DNA of 64,000 nucleotides from NCBI GenBank assembly GCA_964351845.1, contig CAYGQJ010000013.1, positions 7,182 through 71,181 on the forward strand. The letters are read 5' to 3'. Made by a program: the position numbers and the translations under genes. Shown here piece by piece: positions 10,598-19,072 of this stretch. Numbering within the stretch: position 1 is the first letter of the stretch; every line of letters begins with the position of its first letter. This DNA is from an uncultured Flavobacteriaceae bacterium (GTDB taxonomy: Bacteria > Bacteroidota > Bacteroidia > Flavobacteriales > Flavobacteriaceae). The notes beneath the pieces were generated by a model that was not told the origin of the DNA, searched no databases, and was given only the letters and a program-made list of their open reading frames with translations.

Positions 10598-12598
10598 TTA
10601 ATCTTCAGTAAGAGGTGTAGGTTTTTGAACTGCTTTTAATATATAGTTAGGTATCATCTCATTGGGCGGTGTACTTTTACCATATAGTTGATACGAATTA
10701 TAATTCCCTCCTGTAAATACAGTAATCATATCTAATGCTGGCCAAATATTAATTTTTTGCCCCCCATTCCCCGAAGCTTGATATGAATTATATCTTCGAC
10801 CCTCAATGTCAAAGTGTTTTTGATACCACAAGTAGCCATAATCACCTGCATCCATTCTAAAGGTTTTACTGACCCAATCTGCTGAGACTACTTGTTGACC
10901 TTGCCATTTTCCGCCGTCTTTATACATTTTAGCCAATTTAACTAAATCTCTTGGTGTTATTCTCATCGTACTAAACGTTGTTATACTAGACTTGTTTGGT
11001 TCAAAAGTCCAGTGGTAATTTGATATTCCCATTGGGTCAAATAGATGTTGTTTTGAAAACTCTTCTATGTTTTCTCCAGTTGAGACCTCTACCAAACTAC
11101 CTAAAGTAAGTGCACAGCCTGTACAATAGGAAGAAGATTTCCCAGGCGCTGTGATCATTGGCAAATCGAGTGTGTACTTTACCCAGTCTTCACTTTCCAT
11201 CATTGACCCCTCATTTCCTTTGCTCTCCTGATTACCATCTTCACAGTCTAAACCGTGTCGATACATTAAGAAATTTTCTATGGTGAGTTCCTTTTTCCTG
11301 GCATCTACATTGGCAATTTCTGGATACCTTGATTTGAAATAAGGCAGAAGTTTATCTTTTTCACCTTTTATAAATCCTTTGTCTATAGCAATACCAACGA
11401 TCCCACCAATGAAAGGCTTTGTTGCTGATCTTAATTGATGCGGTGTATCTTTATCATACCCATAAAAATACTCCTCAAGAACTAACGTATTATTCTTATA
11501 AATTAATATGCTATGCACATCTGGGTAATCCCCTTTTATCGTTTCCCTAACCATATCTAGTATGAGTTCCGGGTTTTGAAATGCGTCTTCCAAAGAACCT
11601 GTTTGTAAGCCATCAGGTAAGGCTATTGGTTTTTGATAGGTATAATCCTCAGGATGATGGAAAAGTTCTTTTCTTGGGAACATATCCATCTTCTCAATCT
11701 TTGTGGTTATTAACTTAAAAAATTGCTCATCGGTTGTATAAGCTATGACTTTATCAAGTTGATCTCTGCTGAATATAACAGTGCTTCCTTGTGCATCAGT
11801 AAAGCTATCTAAAGCGATGAATTTTAATGGATATTTTGCATTCTCTATGACCGCATAAAGGATGGTGTCTAATGCAGATGCCTTCAGCTCTAGCGTTGTA
11901 TTATTAATATATTCATATTTTCCTTCGTAGGCTAAAAGTGTTTCATATTCAGATGTTTCTTTTTTGGAAGAACACCCTATAGTTAATAACAACGTAATGA
12001 CTAACAACACAATTACGTTTTTTGAAAAATAGCTTTTCGTATTCCGTTTCAAGAAAGGAATCGATAACGGATAAAAGCATTTTTGTGACGTTACGGCTTT
12101 AAAAATATTATACGTTATTACCAAAATATTAAAAGGAACTACAGCAATAAAAAATAAAAAGCCCCATTTTTCAACTGTAACTAAAGATATAGAAGCAATA
12201 ATATATAATATAGTTACACTCAATTGGAAGTTAATAACCTTAATCCCATGTTCATTATATATAGCATTATCCTCTCGCTTATGGAGCCATAAAAAGAGTG
12301 GAATTAACACCGAAAACGGAAAGATAAATCCCAATAATGGTGAGCCATGTATAAACAGTAGCCATTTTTTTTGTAATGCCTCTTTTTTTGGATTCTCTAA
12401 CACCAATAGGTCTTCGGCTGTTATTCCTAGCGCATTTGATAATAACTGTATCGTTTGTAGTTGTGGGTTTACTTCGTCTTTTTCAATACGCTGTATTGTT
12501 CGTATTGTTACTTCAGATTTTTCAGATAGTTTACCCTGTGTGTACCCTTTTAGTTTTCTTTGGTACACTAAATTTTTTCCAATTGATTGAGTTTTCAT
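10598..12598 (-). CDS. Fusion protein: XRE helix-turn-helix + DUF4870-like membrane domain + serine hydrolase (beta-lactamase/PBP-like)
   Basis: N-terminal HTH (YQRKLKGYTQGKLSEKSEVTIRTIQRIEK), three hydrophobic helices with the DUF4870-type HGIKVINFQLS...FYPLSIPF, then SATK (SxxK), YCT (YxN-like) and SGNGGQ motifs. Start moved from 12643 to 12598 because a TAnnTTTG box lies at 12615-12622. Confidence 0.8.
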   Translation of the reverse strand: MKTQSIGKNLVYQRKLKGYTQGKLSEKSEVTIRTIQRIEKDEVNPQLQTIQLLSNALGITAEDLLVLENPKKEALQKKWLLFIHGSPLLGFIFPFSVLIPLFLWLHKREDNAIYNEHGIKVINFQLSVTILYIIASISLVTVEKWGFLFFIAVVPFNILVITYNIFKAVTSQKCFYPLSIPFLKRNTKSYFSKNVIVLLVITLLLTIGCSSKKETSEYETLLAYEGKYEYINNTTLELKASALDTILYAVIENAKYPLKFIALDSFTDAQGSTVIFSRDQLDKVIAYTTDEQFFKLITTKIEKMDMFPRKELFHHPEDYTYQKPIALPDGLQTGSLEDAFQNPELILDMVRETIKGDYPDVHSILIYKNNTLVLEEYFYGYDKDTPHQLRSATKPFIGGIVGIAIDKGFIKGEKDKLLPYFKSRYPEIANVDARKKELTIENFLMYRHGLDCEDGNQESKGNEGSMMESEDWVKYTLDLPMITAPGKSSSYCTGCALTLGSLVEVSTGENIEEFSKQHLFDPMGISNYHWTFEPNKSSITTFSTMRITPRDLVKLAKMYKDGGKWQGQQVVSADWVSKTFRMDAGDYGYLWYQKHFDIEGRRYNSYQASGNGGQKINIWPALDMITVFTGGNYNSYQLYGKSTPPNEMIPNYILKAVQKPTPLTED

Positions 12599-12614
12599 AC
12601 ATTTTAATTTGATA

Positions 12615-12622
12615 CAAAAGTA
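12615..12622 (-). promoter_or_regulatory. Bacteroidota sigma-70 -7 element
   Basis: TACTTTTG (TAnnTTTG consensus) just upstream of ATG 12598. Confidence 0.55.
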
Positions 12623-12810
12623 TTCATCTTCACTAGCTTTCATGACGACATACTGGTGTCATCTATCTGTCATTTGCTTATTTTATAGGGGTTATGATCA
12701 GTTTTTAGCTTATACACACTAAAATATATCTCTAAGTAAAATAACACTAATTATAGTAAACTTTATAGTGATCTAAGTATACACAACTATTCTTTTAAGC
12801 ATCCTAATTC

Positions 12811-12860
12811 CGCTTTCACGTAAGTGAAGTTTATACTGAGCCCGTCGAAGTACGAAAGCG
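12811..12860. repeat. Palindrome-A-like hairpin interrupted by a family C element
   Basis: CGCTTTC...GAAAGCG arms enclosing AGTTTATACTGAGCCCGTCGAAGT (12828-12851). Confidence 0.7.
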
Positions 12861-12902
12861 TATAAAGAACCATCCCATTTGGAAATATAACACTTCTAAT
12901 TA

Positions 12903-14291
12903 CTACTGCGCATTAATTTTAATATTGTCTAGCTCATACGTCCCGTCAAAAGTAGCATCACCACTTCCTACGTATTTAAAAGCGATATGAACAGTCCCCT
13001 CGAGACACGACAAATCAATAGTTCCAGAAGCTACCCAATCCTGAAAAAAGGTATCATCAGAAACAATAGTCCCTTCTAGTATGGGGCGCCAATCGGCATC
13101 ATCTATATGAGCTGTATCACCATCCCAATCAGTTGCATAAAGCAAGGTAAGTGTGCTTGCATCAGCAAAACTATTGGAGGTTTCAAAGGCAAGTGTCTCC
13201 ATTTCTTGTGCATTAAAATTAATCGCTGGGGTGATCAACCACGCAATCGTACTATCATCACCAGACGAAAAAGACCCTATCCGCACAGCAGTACCATAAT
13301 TACCCCCTGCATCAAAAGGTTCCCAAATTTCAGACCCTTCTTGGGCAAAGTTGATCCACGCATCATTCAAGGATCCGTTGTCTAAGTTATCGGCAAACAC
13401 AACGCCTTCTCCACTCTCTTCTGCAAGACCACACAAATCACACCGATCTCCTTCTTCAAATAGGACATCCTTTGGATCGTTGATCGCCATATTAAAGACG
13501 TCTCCGAAGAAGTCTTTTGTCAACACCCCTTGCAAAGTCCCCCTCCCTGACGGCAGTGATAATGCTTTAAAATCTGAGAAAGTACTTGTACTCAATATGG
13601 TTCTTGCTCCTGTAGCACAATCTTCCAATACCCGCTCACCATCAAACTGATCTTGTGGCTCTGAAGCATACGTTCTTTGATGATTAATGACTTCATCTAC
13701 ATTAAATTGGACGTTTTCAAGCGAAACAAACAAATTCGTTTTCTCATCAGAAAAATCAGAAAAAGAAATTGGCATCGGAATAATCTCTGCCACCTCATTA
13801 CTTCGTACAATCACCTCATTTTGCATAGAAGGTGGGATTTTTCCAACAGAACTCCCATCGGCAATACCTACCGAAAGAACGCCGTTAGCAATACCAACTG
13901 TAAGACCATCTAACCTAACAAATACTTTTCTTCCTAATTCATAGCTTGTAAATAAAGGATTTACATCGATGAGCACCCTAATCCCAGCCACTGGATTTTC
14001 AGGAAGATCTTGAATAATAAATTCTTCAAAAAAATTACCTCCTTCATCACTAGAGATCACATATCCTTCTATAAAGGTATCCACACCTTCAAATGTGAAT
14101 ATCGCATCTCCATTTGCGACAGCTTGGGCTACCTGTCCAGCAACACTGCTGATGCTTACCGGTTGTCCTTCTATTTCTAACGCTCCAGCATCTAATTCTG
14201 GAACAGAAAAGTCATCATCTTGCACACAAGAAATGAGTGCTGTCAAAACAGCTAACATTATAAATAATCGTAGTAATTTTATGGTTTTCAT
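12903..14291 (-). CDS. DUF5689 domain-containing lipoprotein
   Basis: Lipobox ALISC; IEGYVISSDEGGNFFEEFIIQD...GRKVFVRLDGL is typical of DUF5689; C-terminal beta-sandwich domain. Confidence 0.8.
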   Translation of the reverse strand: MKTIKLLRLFIMLAVLTALISCVQDDDFSVPELDAGALEIEGQPVSISSVAGQVAQAVANGDAIFTFEGVDTFIEGYVISSDEGGNFFEEFIIQDLPENPVAGIRVLIDVNPLFTSYELGRKVFVRLDGLTVGIANGVLSVGIADGSSVGKIPPSMQNEVIVRSNEVAEIIPMPISFSDFSDEKTNLFVSLENVQFNVDEVINHQRTYASEPQDQFDGERVLEDCATGARTILSTSTFSDFKALSLPSGRGTLQGVLTKDFFGDVFNMAINDPKDVLFEEGDRCDLCGLAEESGEGVVFADNLDNGSLNDAWINFAQEGSEIWEPFDAGGNYGTAVRIGSFSSGDDSTIAWLITPAINFNAQEMETLAFETSNSFADASTLTLLYATDWDGDTAHIDDADWRPILEGTIVSDDTFFQDWVASGTIDLSCLEGTVHIAFKYVGSGDATFDGTYELDNIKINAQ

Positions 14292-14327
14292 AAGCGTGTA
14301 TACTTCTATAGTTTCTTGATATTTTGA

Positions 14328-17192
14328 TTAAAAGCGAACGTAAAAATTCAGGAAGTACGTAGTTCCGTTTCCGAAGAAGTACCTAGGTCCAAACACAGGC
14401 CCATTTTCTCTTGCCTGGTCATCGCGCACATTTCTGAAGGTAGCATTACGAGATTGTTCAAAACCTCCCGTAACATACTGCTGATCCAATACATTATTGA
14501 TTGTGGCAAAAAAGCCTAAAAAGTAGTGACGGACTCTCCATGATTTCCCTCCAATAATATTGACTAAGAAATATGCATCAAACTCTTGTTGCTGTAATAA
14601 ACTTTTGCCCACAGTAGCGTCAAAATCATTAATAGGCAATCCATCGCTGTCGGTCACAAAATTGGTAGAACGCGCTAAGTTACTCACGTCTATATACGCA
14701 TTCGAGAGATAATTGGCAGTCACTCCTATATTCCAAAAATCAGGATCTCTATATTCAAACCCTACTTGAAAAGCTCTTTCAGGGCCTCCAGCTACGTGGA
14801 GATTCTCTAAGTTTGTGGTACCATCTCCAAAGCGTAGCGCTCCATCAAAATCATCACTTCGCAAGTATAAATTAGGGGTATTTGTAAACGTGTATTGCCC
14901 TACACTAGCCGACGCTTTTAACTTAAGTGTAGGTAACACTTGGGCTTCAATTCCAAGTTCTACCCCCATATGACGTCTTCCTACGTTTGTGAGAACCTCT
15001 TGTACAAAGGCATTTCCATCATTTCCTAAGCCTCCTAGATCTTCTGTAAAGTAAAATCCAATATCCGTTCCTTTTTCAAAAACTGTGTGATACCCCGTTA
15101 ATCTTGCTTTTACAACCGGAGATCTAAAAATATAGCTTACATCTACAGATTGTAGTTGCTCAGGCACTAACCCTTCTACCACCTCATTGTTTTGACGTGC
15201 GTTTACAAAAGAATTACGGATTGTAGGGGCATTTGTATAATAGCCGCTGTTCACATCAATAATATGTCGTCCTGTTATCTTATACGTCAATCCTGCTTTA
15301 ACGCCGCCTGTCGAAAAATTTAACGCTTCACTAGGTCCAAAAGATCCAACAGCTCCTTCTTGGTTTTGGAAATTTCCATTTTCAAATAATCCATTTCGTT
15401 GGTAACTTGTTTGCGTGATTGTGGTTCCTAAGTAAAAATCTACTTTCCTGTATTTGAATTGCGCTTGCGCGAAAGCCGATACCACATTGGCATCTATCTG
15501 ATAATTGTATTTGTAGCGATCTCCCTCCCCAACAATCCTATTAGGATTTCGCACATCACTTTGCGCATTGTCTGTAGAGATAACTCCTGATGCATCTTCA
15601 GACGCTGCTTCTGTAAAGTTATCTATATCCAAATAGCCTGTAGCCCCAAGTAAATCCTCAATTTCTGCATAATTCTCACTACGCAACCTACGATAACTCA
15701 CATTTCCATGAAGCGTAATATGATCTGTAATCGCAGTATTTACAATACTCGTTGCGCTTAGCTGCGTATCTTCTATCACATCATTTTGAAGAATATACAA
15801 CGCATTTCTGCCTTGCGCTCTTAACGCAGCATTACCCTCGTATAAAGCGTTCCAATGAAACTGTCCGTCGTTAACCAGCTGTTCTTGTGCTAAAAAGGCG
15901 TTTTGGAAGTCGGTTGCTGTTGGATTTTCATCTTGCAAAAAGAAACTTGGTAATAATTGATAATAATCAGGCGAAGGGTTACGAGCACCTCCAGCAAAGA
16001 ATTGCTGTCCGTTAGATTCCACCAATGTGGTTCCGTTCGCATCAATTCGACTATTCTTAATGGTTCCGGTTTGGTAGCCAATATTTGTAAGAATTGTTGT
16101 CTTTTCAGAAAGATCCCAGGTGTGATTTAACATCAAAATAGGCTCTTCTATTTCTCGTATACGCGTGTTGCGTATTTCTCCATTCAGATAGCCCCAAAAA
16201 GGATTGTATTGCCTTCCTTTAAGATCAAAAATCTCCTGTGTTAATGCAGTAGAACGACCCCTTCTATTAGGCGTATAAATCGCGGTAAGATTAAGGCTAT
16301 GCTGCTCATTAAATTTTCTTTCCACAGAGGCGAAAATGGAATTTGCATCATACAACGTACCTTCTACATAGCCTTCATTTCCAAAACGTCTAGAAGCAAG
16401 AAGTGTAAACGCCCACCCACTCGAAAGAAGTCCTGTGCTATAACTCCCCATCACACGCCCTTCATACGATCGATTGGCACCGGCATAAGACACCCGTCCT
16501 CCTTTACGGTATTGCGATGCGCGCATCGTAATATGTGTGACACCCCCTAAACCTCCAAAAGCATATTCATTGGCAGAAAGTCCTGCTGTAAACTCACGAT
16601 TGCGTTGTGCATCATTAAGGCCTCCCCAATTTCCCCACTGGGGACGTCCATTAAATTGCTTGTTCATTTCAATACCATTGATGAGTAGTTTCCCATTGGC
16701 ATTATCAAGACCTCTTGGCCTGAAAAAAGTGGCACTCCAATCAAAAGCCGCGGCACTTAAATACGTATCACGACCCGCAGAGAGCAATCCAGAAATGTTA
16801 AACCCGCCTAAATCATCATCTTCTCCATTGAGATCCGTATCAGATAAAGAAATAAGGCCATTGAGCTGTTGTTCTGCGGTGACATCTACATCAAACGTAA
16901 TGTCTCCTAGATCCAGTATGTTTCCTTCATGAACAACAATAGGAAAGCGTCGCGTCACATAGCCTTCTTTTGAAATCCTAAGAATTTGATCTCCGATAGC
17001 TATATCTTGAAATAAAACAAAGGCGCCTGATGCGTCTGTTTGTGTCGCTTGACTTGTTCCTTCTAGTGCAACATGTACATTGGGTAATTTGTCTGAGGTG
17101 ATTCTGTCAATGACAGTTCCTTTTACGGACGTTTGAGCCATGGCAAGAGGCATGGTCAAAACCAGTAAAAATCTAAAAATAGCGTACTTCAT
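14328..17192 (-). CDS. TonB-dependent receptor with N-terminal carboxypeptidase-regulatory-like domain
   Basis: Signal peptide, VKGTVID...LPNVHV domain, plug FFRPRGLD...INGIEMN, C-terminal YFFGNGTTYFLNFYVRF. Confidence 0.88.
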   Translation of the reverse strand: MKYAIFRFLLVLTMPLAMAQTSVKGTVIDRITSDKLPNVHVALEGTSQATQTDASGAFVLFQDIAIGDQILRISKEGYVTRRFPIVVHEGNILDLGDITFDVDVTAEQQLNGLISLSDTDLNGEDDDLGGFNISGLLSAGRDTYLSAAAFDWSATFFRPRGLDNANGKLLINGIEMNKQFNGRPQWGNWGGLNDAQRNREFTAGLSANEYAFGGLGGVTHITMRASQYRKGGRVSYAGANRSYEGRVMGSYSTGLLSSGWAFTLLASRRFGNEGYVEGTLYDANSIFASVERKFNEQHSLNLTAIYTPNRRGRSTALTQEIFDLKGRQYNPFWGYLNGEIRNTRIREIEEPILMLNHTWDLSEKTTILTNIGYQTGTIKNSRIDANGTTLVESNGQQFFAGGARNPSPDYYQLLPSFFLQDENPTATDFQNAFLAQEQLVNDGQFHWNALYEGNAALRAQGRNALYILQNDVIEDTQLSATSIVNTAITDHITLHGNVSYRRLRSENYAEIEDLLGATGYLDIDNFTEAASEDASGVISTDNAQSDVRNPNRIVGEGDRYKYNYQIDANVVSAFAQAQFKYRKVDFYLGTTITQTSYQRNGLFENGNFQNQEGAVGSFGPSEALNFSTGGVKAGLTYKITGRHIIDVNSGYYTNAPTIRNSFVNARQNNEVVEGLVPEQLQSVDVSYIFRSPVVKARLTGYHTVFEKGTDIGFYFTEDLGGLGNDGNAFVQEVLTNVGRRHMGVELGIEAQVLPTLKLKASASVGQYTFTNTPNLYLRSDDFDGALRFGDGTTNLENLHVAGGPERAFQVGFEYRDPDFWNIGVTANYLSNAYIDVSNLARSTNFVTDSDGLPINDFDATVGKSLLQQQEFDAYFLVNIIGGKSWRVRHYFLGFFATINNVLDQQYVTGGFEQSRNATFRNVRDDQARENGPVFGPRYFFGNGTTYFLNFYVRF

Positions 17193-17320
17193 GAGGGTTT
17201 AGTTAATCATAAATCCCGCATAAGATTTTTACATTACACCCAAATATACTCATTTTCAATGTATTCACTATATTTAGCCAAAAATATCTTAGTTTTTTTC
17301 AAAAAAATGAAATCGCCATA

Positions 17321-18379
17321 ATGAATTTAAAAACGTATCTATTCTTCGTTTTCCTTCTATCTTTTGCTTTCGCGAAAGCGCAAGACCAAAAAACCTACAA
17401 GCCACACACCATCGCTTTTTATAACGTAGAAAATCTTTTTGATACGGAAAATGATCCTATTACATTTGATGATGACCGTACGCCAGACGGAAAAGATCAT
17501 TGGACCGAAGCTATCTATGCAGATAAAATACAGAAAATGGCGCGTGTCATCTCAGAAATAGGCAAAGACATTACAAAAAATGCCCCTGCTATTATTGGAC
17601 TGGCTGAAATAGAAAATAGAAAAACCGTAGAGGCACTTGCTAATGATCCTCAATTACTAGACAAAGAGTATGGAATAGCCCATTTTGACTCCCCAGATCG
17701 AAGAGGAATTGATGTCGCTCTTATGTATCAGAAAGCAATATTTACGCCTATACACATTAGTAAACACGAGCTTATTATTTACACTAATGACGATGCTAAA
17801 AAACGTAAATATACACGCGATCAACTACTGGTTTCGGGTTTATTGGATGGGGATATGATTCATGTGATTGTCAACCACTGGCCTTCGCGTTCTGGTGGAG
17901 AAGCCCGAAGTCGTAAAAAACGTATGGCAGCGGCAGCACTTAATAAAAAAATCATAGATAGCCTTCAAAGTAATGACCCGTATGCAAAAATCATCACCAT
18001 GGGAGATCTTAACGACGACCCGACAAGCCCGAGTGTAAAAAAAGTATTGAAAGCTAAAGGAGATAAAGACAAAATAAAAGATAAGATGCTCTATAATCCT
18101 ATGGAGCCTATGTTTAAAAAAGGGATGGGTACCTTAGCTTATAGAGATGGTTGGAATCTTTTTGATCAAATCTTAATTACAGAACCCTTATTACGTAAAG
18201 AATATAGTTCCTACAGGTATTTTAAAGCGGGTATTTATAACAAAAATTACCTCAACACCCCAAAGGGTCGGTACAAAGGATATCCGTATCGCAGCTTTGC
18301 TAATGGAGGCTACACGGGAGGGTATAGTGATCATTATCCCGTATATATTGTCCTTATCAAAGAAGTAGCAGATAATTAG
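17321..18379 (+). CDS. Secreted endonuclease/exonuclease/phosphatase (EEP) family nuclease
   Basis: IAFYNVENLFDT, GLAEIEN, DRRGIDVAL, VNHWPSR, MGDLND, LFDQI, GYSDHYPV. Confidence 0.9.
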   Translation: MNLKTYLFFVFLLSFAFAKAQDQKTYKPHTIAFYNVENLFDTENDPITFDDDRTPDGKDHWTEAIYADKIQKMARVISEIGKDITKNAPAIIGLAEIENRKTVEALANDPQLLDKEYGIAHFDSPDRRGIDVALMYQKAIFTPIHISKHELIIYTNDDAKKRKYTRDQLLVSGLLDGDMIHVIVNHWPSRSGGEARSRKKRMAAAALNKKIIDSLQSNDPYAKIITMGDLNDDPTSPSVKKVLKAKGDKDKIKDKMLYNPMEPMFKKGMGTLAYRDGWNLFDQILITEPLLRKEYSSYRYFKAGIYNKNYLNTPKGRYKGYPYRSFANGGYTGGYSDHYPVYIVLIKEVADN

Positions 18380-18391
18380 ATTTCTTTTATT

Positions 18392-18452
18392 CGCTCCTGC
18401 CTGCCGGCGAGGCAGGTTTGAGAAATGGTATGCTGAGCCTGTCGAAGTAGCG
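18392..18452. repeat. Degenerate palindrome A carrying a B insert in one arm and a C insert in the other
   Basis: CGCT|CCTGCCTGCCGGCGAGGCAGG|TTTGAGAA|ATGGTATGCTGAGCCTGTCGAAGT|AGCG. Confidence 0.8.
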
Positions 18453-18467
18453 TACCACCAAAAATAA

Positions 18468-18500
18468 AAGAGGGAAGATGTTTTGCATCTTCCCTCTCTT
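18468..18500. terminator. Intrinsic terminator between convergent genes
   Basis: AGAGGGAAGATG-ttttg-CATCTTCCCTCT with A/T-rich flanks. Confidence 0.75.
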
Positions 18501-18520
18501 GTTTTAATTATCTTTATAAG

Positions 18521-18952
18521 TTATTGGAACCACCTATCCCAAGGAATCATCGCTAATACCGCGATCAATGCAAGAGTATAAAATATCGCTAGTTTCTTAA
18601 ACTTAGGGGTGGATAAGCGCTGTTTTTTATGTTTAGAATATCCAATGGTAACTAATACAACAGCTATAATCATTAATGTAGGGTGCTCTACAGCGAGACG
18701 TCTCATACTTCCACCCATGCCATTTTGCCGAATCTCATTGAGTCCACTAGGAGATACAAACCAAAGTACTAATCCTATCAATAATTGAATGTGCATGGTG
18801 ATTAATGTAAAAAGTGCCAAACGCATATCTTTGGCCCCATATTCTTTTTTTCCAAAAAACTTAGTTAGTGAATTAATCGTTGTAGCCACTAGTATAAAAA
18901 GAACTAGGCAAGCCCATACTGCATGCACAAATTTTATTGTATCAAGAAACAT
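18521..18952 (-). CDS. Conserved four-helix membrane protein of unknown function
   Basis: Four hydrophobic segments, HIQLLIG and AVEHPTLMIIAV motifs. Start placed at 18952 (MFLDTIKF) because TATCTTTG lies at 18980-18987. Confidence 0.7.
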   Translation of the reverse strand: MFLDTIKFVHAVWACLVLFILVATTINSLTKFFGKKEYGAKDMRLALFTLITMHIQLLIGLVLWFVSPSGLNEIRQNGMGGSMRRLAVEHPTLMIIAVVLVTIGYSKHKKQRLSTPKFKKLAIFYTLALIAVLAMIPWDRWFQ

Positions 18953-19003
18953 AATGTGTGTGTTTAAATAATGACTCCTCAAAGATAGGGCATTTTAAAC
19001 CAA

Positions 19004-19031
19004 AAAACCGACACTATATAGTGTCGGTTTT
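19004..19031. terminator. Intrinsic terminator after the Oar-like TBDR gene
   Basis: Perfect palindrome AAAACCGACACTATATAGTGTCGGTTTT. Confidence 0.8.
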
Positions 19032-19072
19032 GAAGTTTTCGCTATTGCGAAACTATATACTAAGCTATAGAA

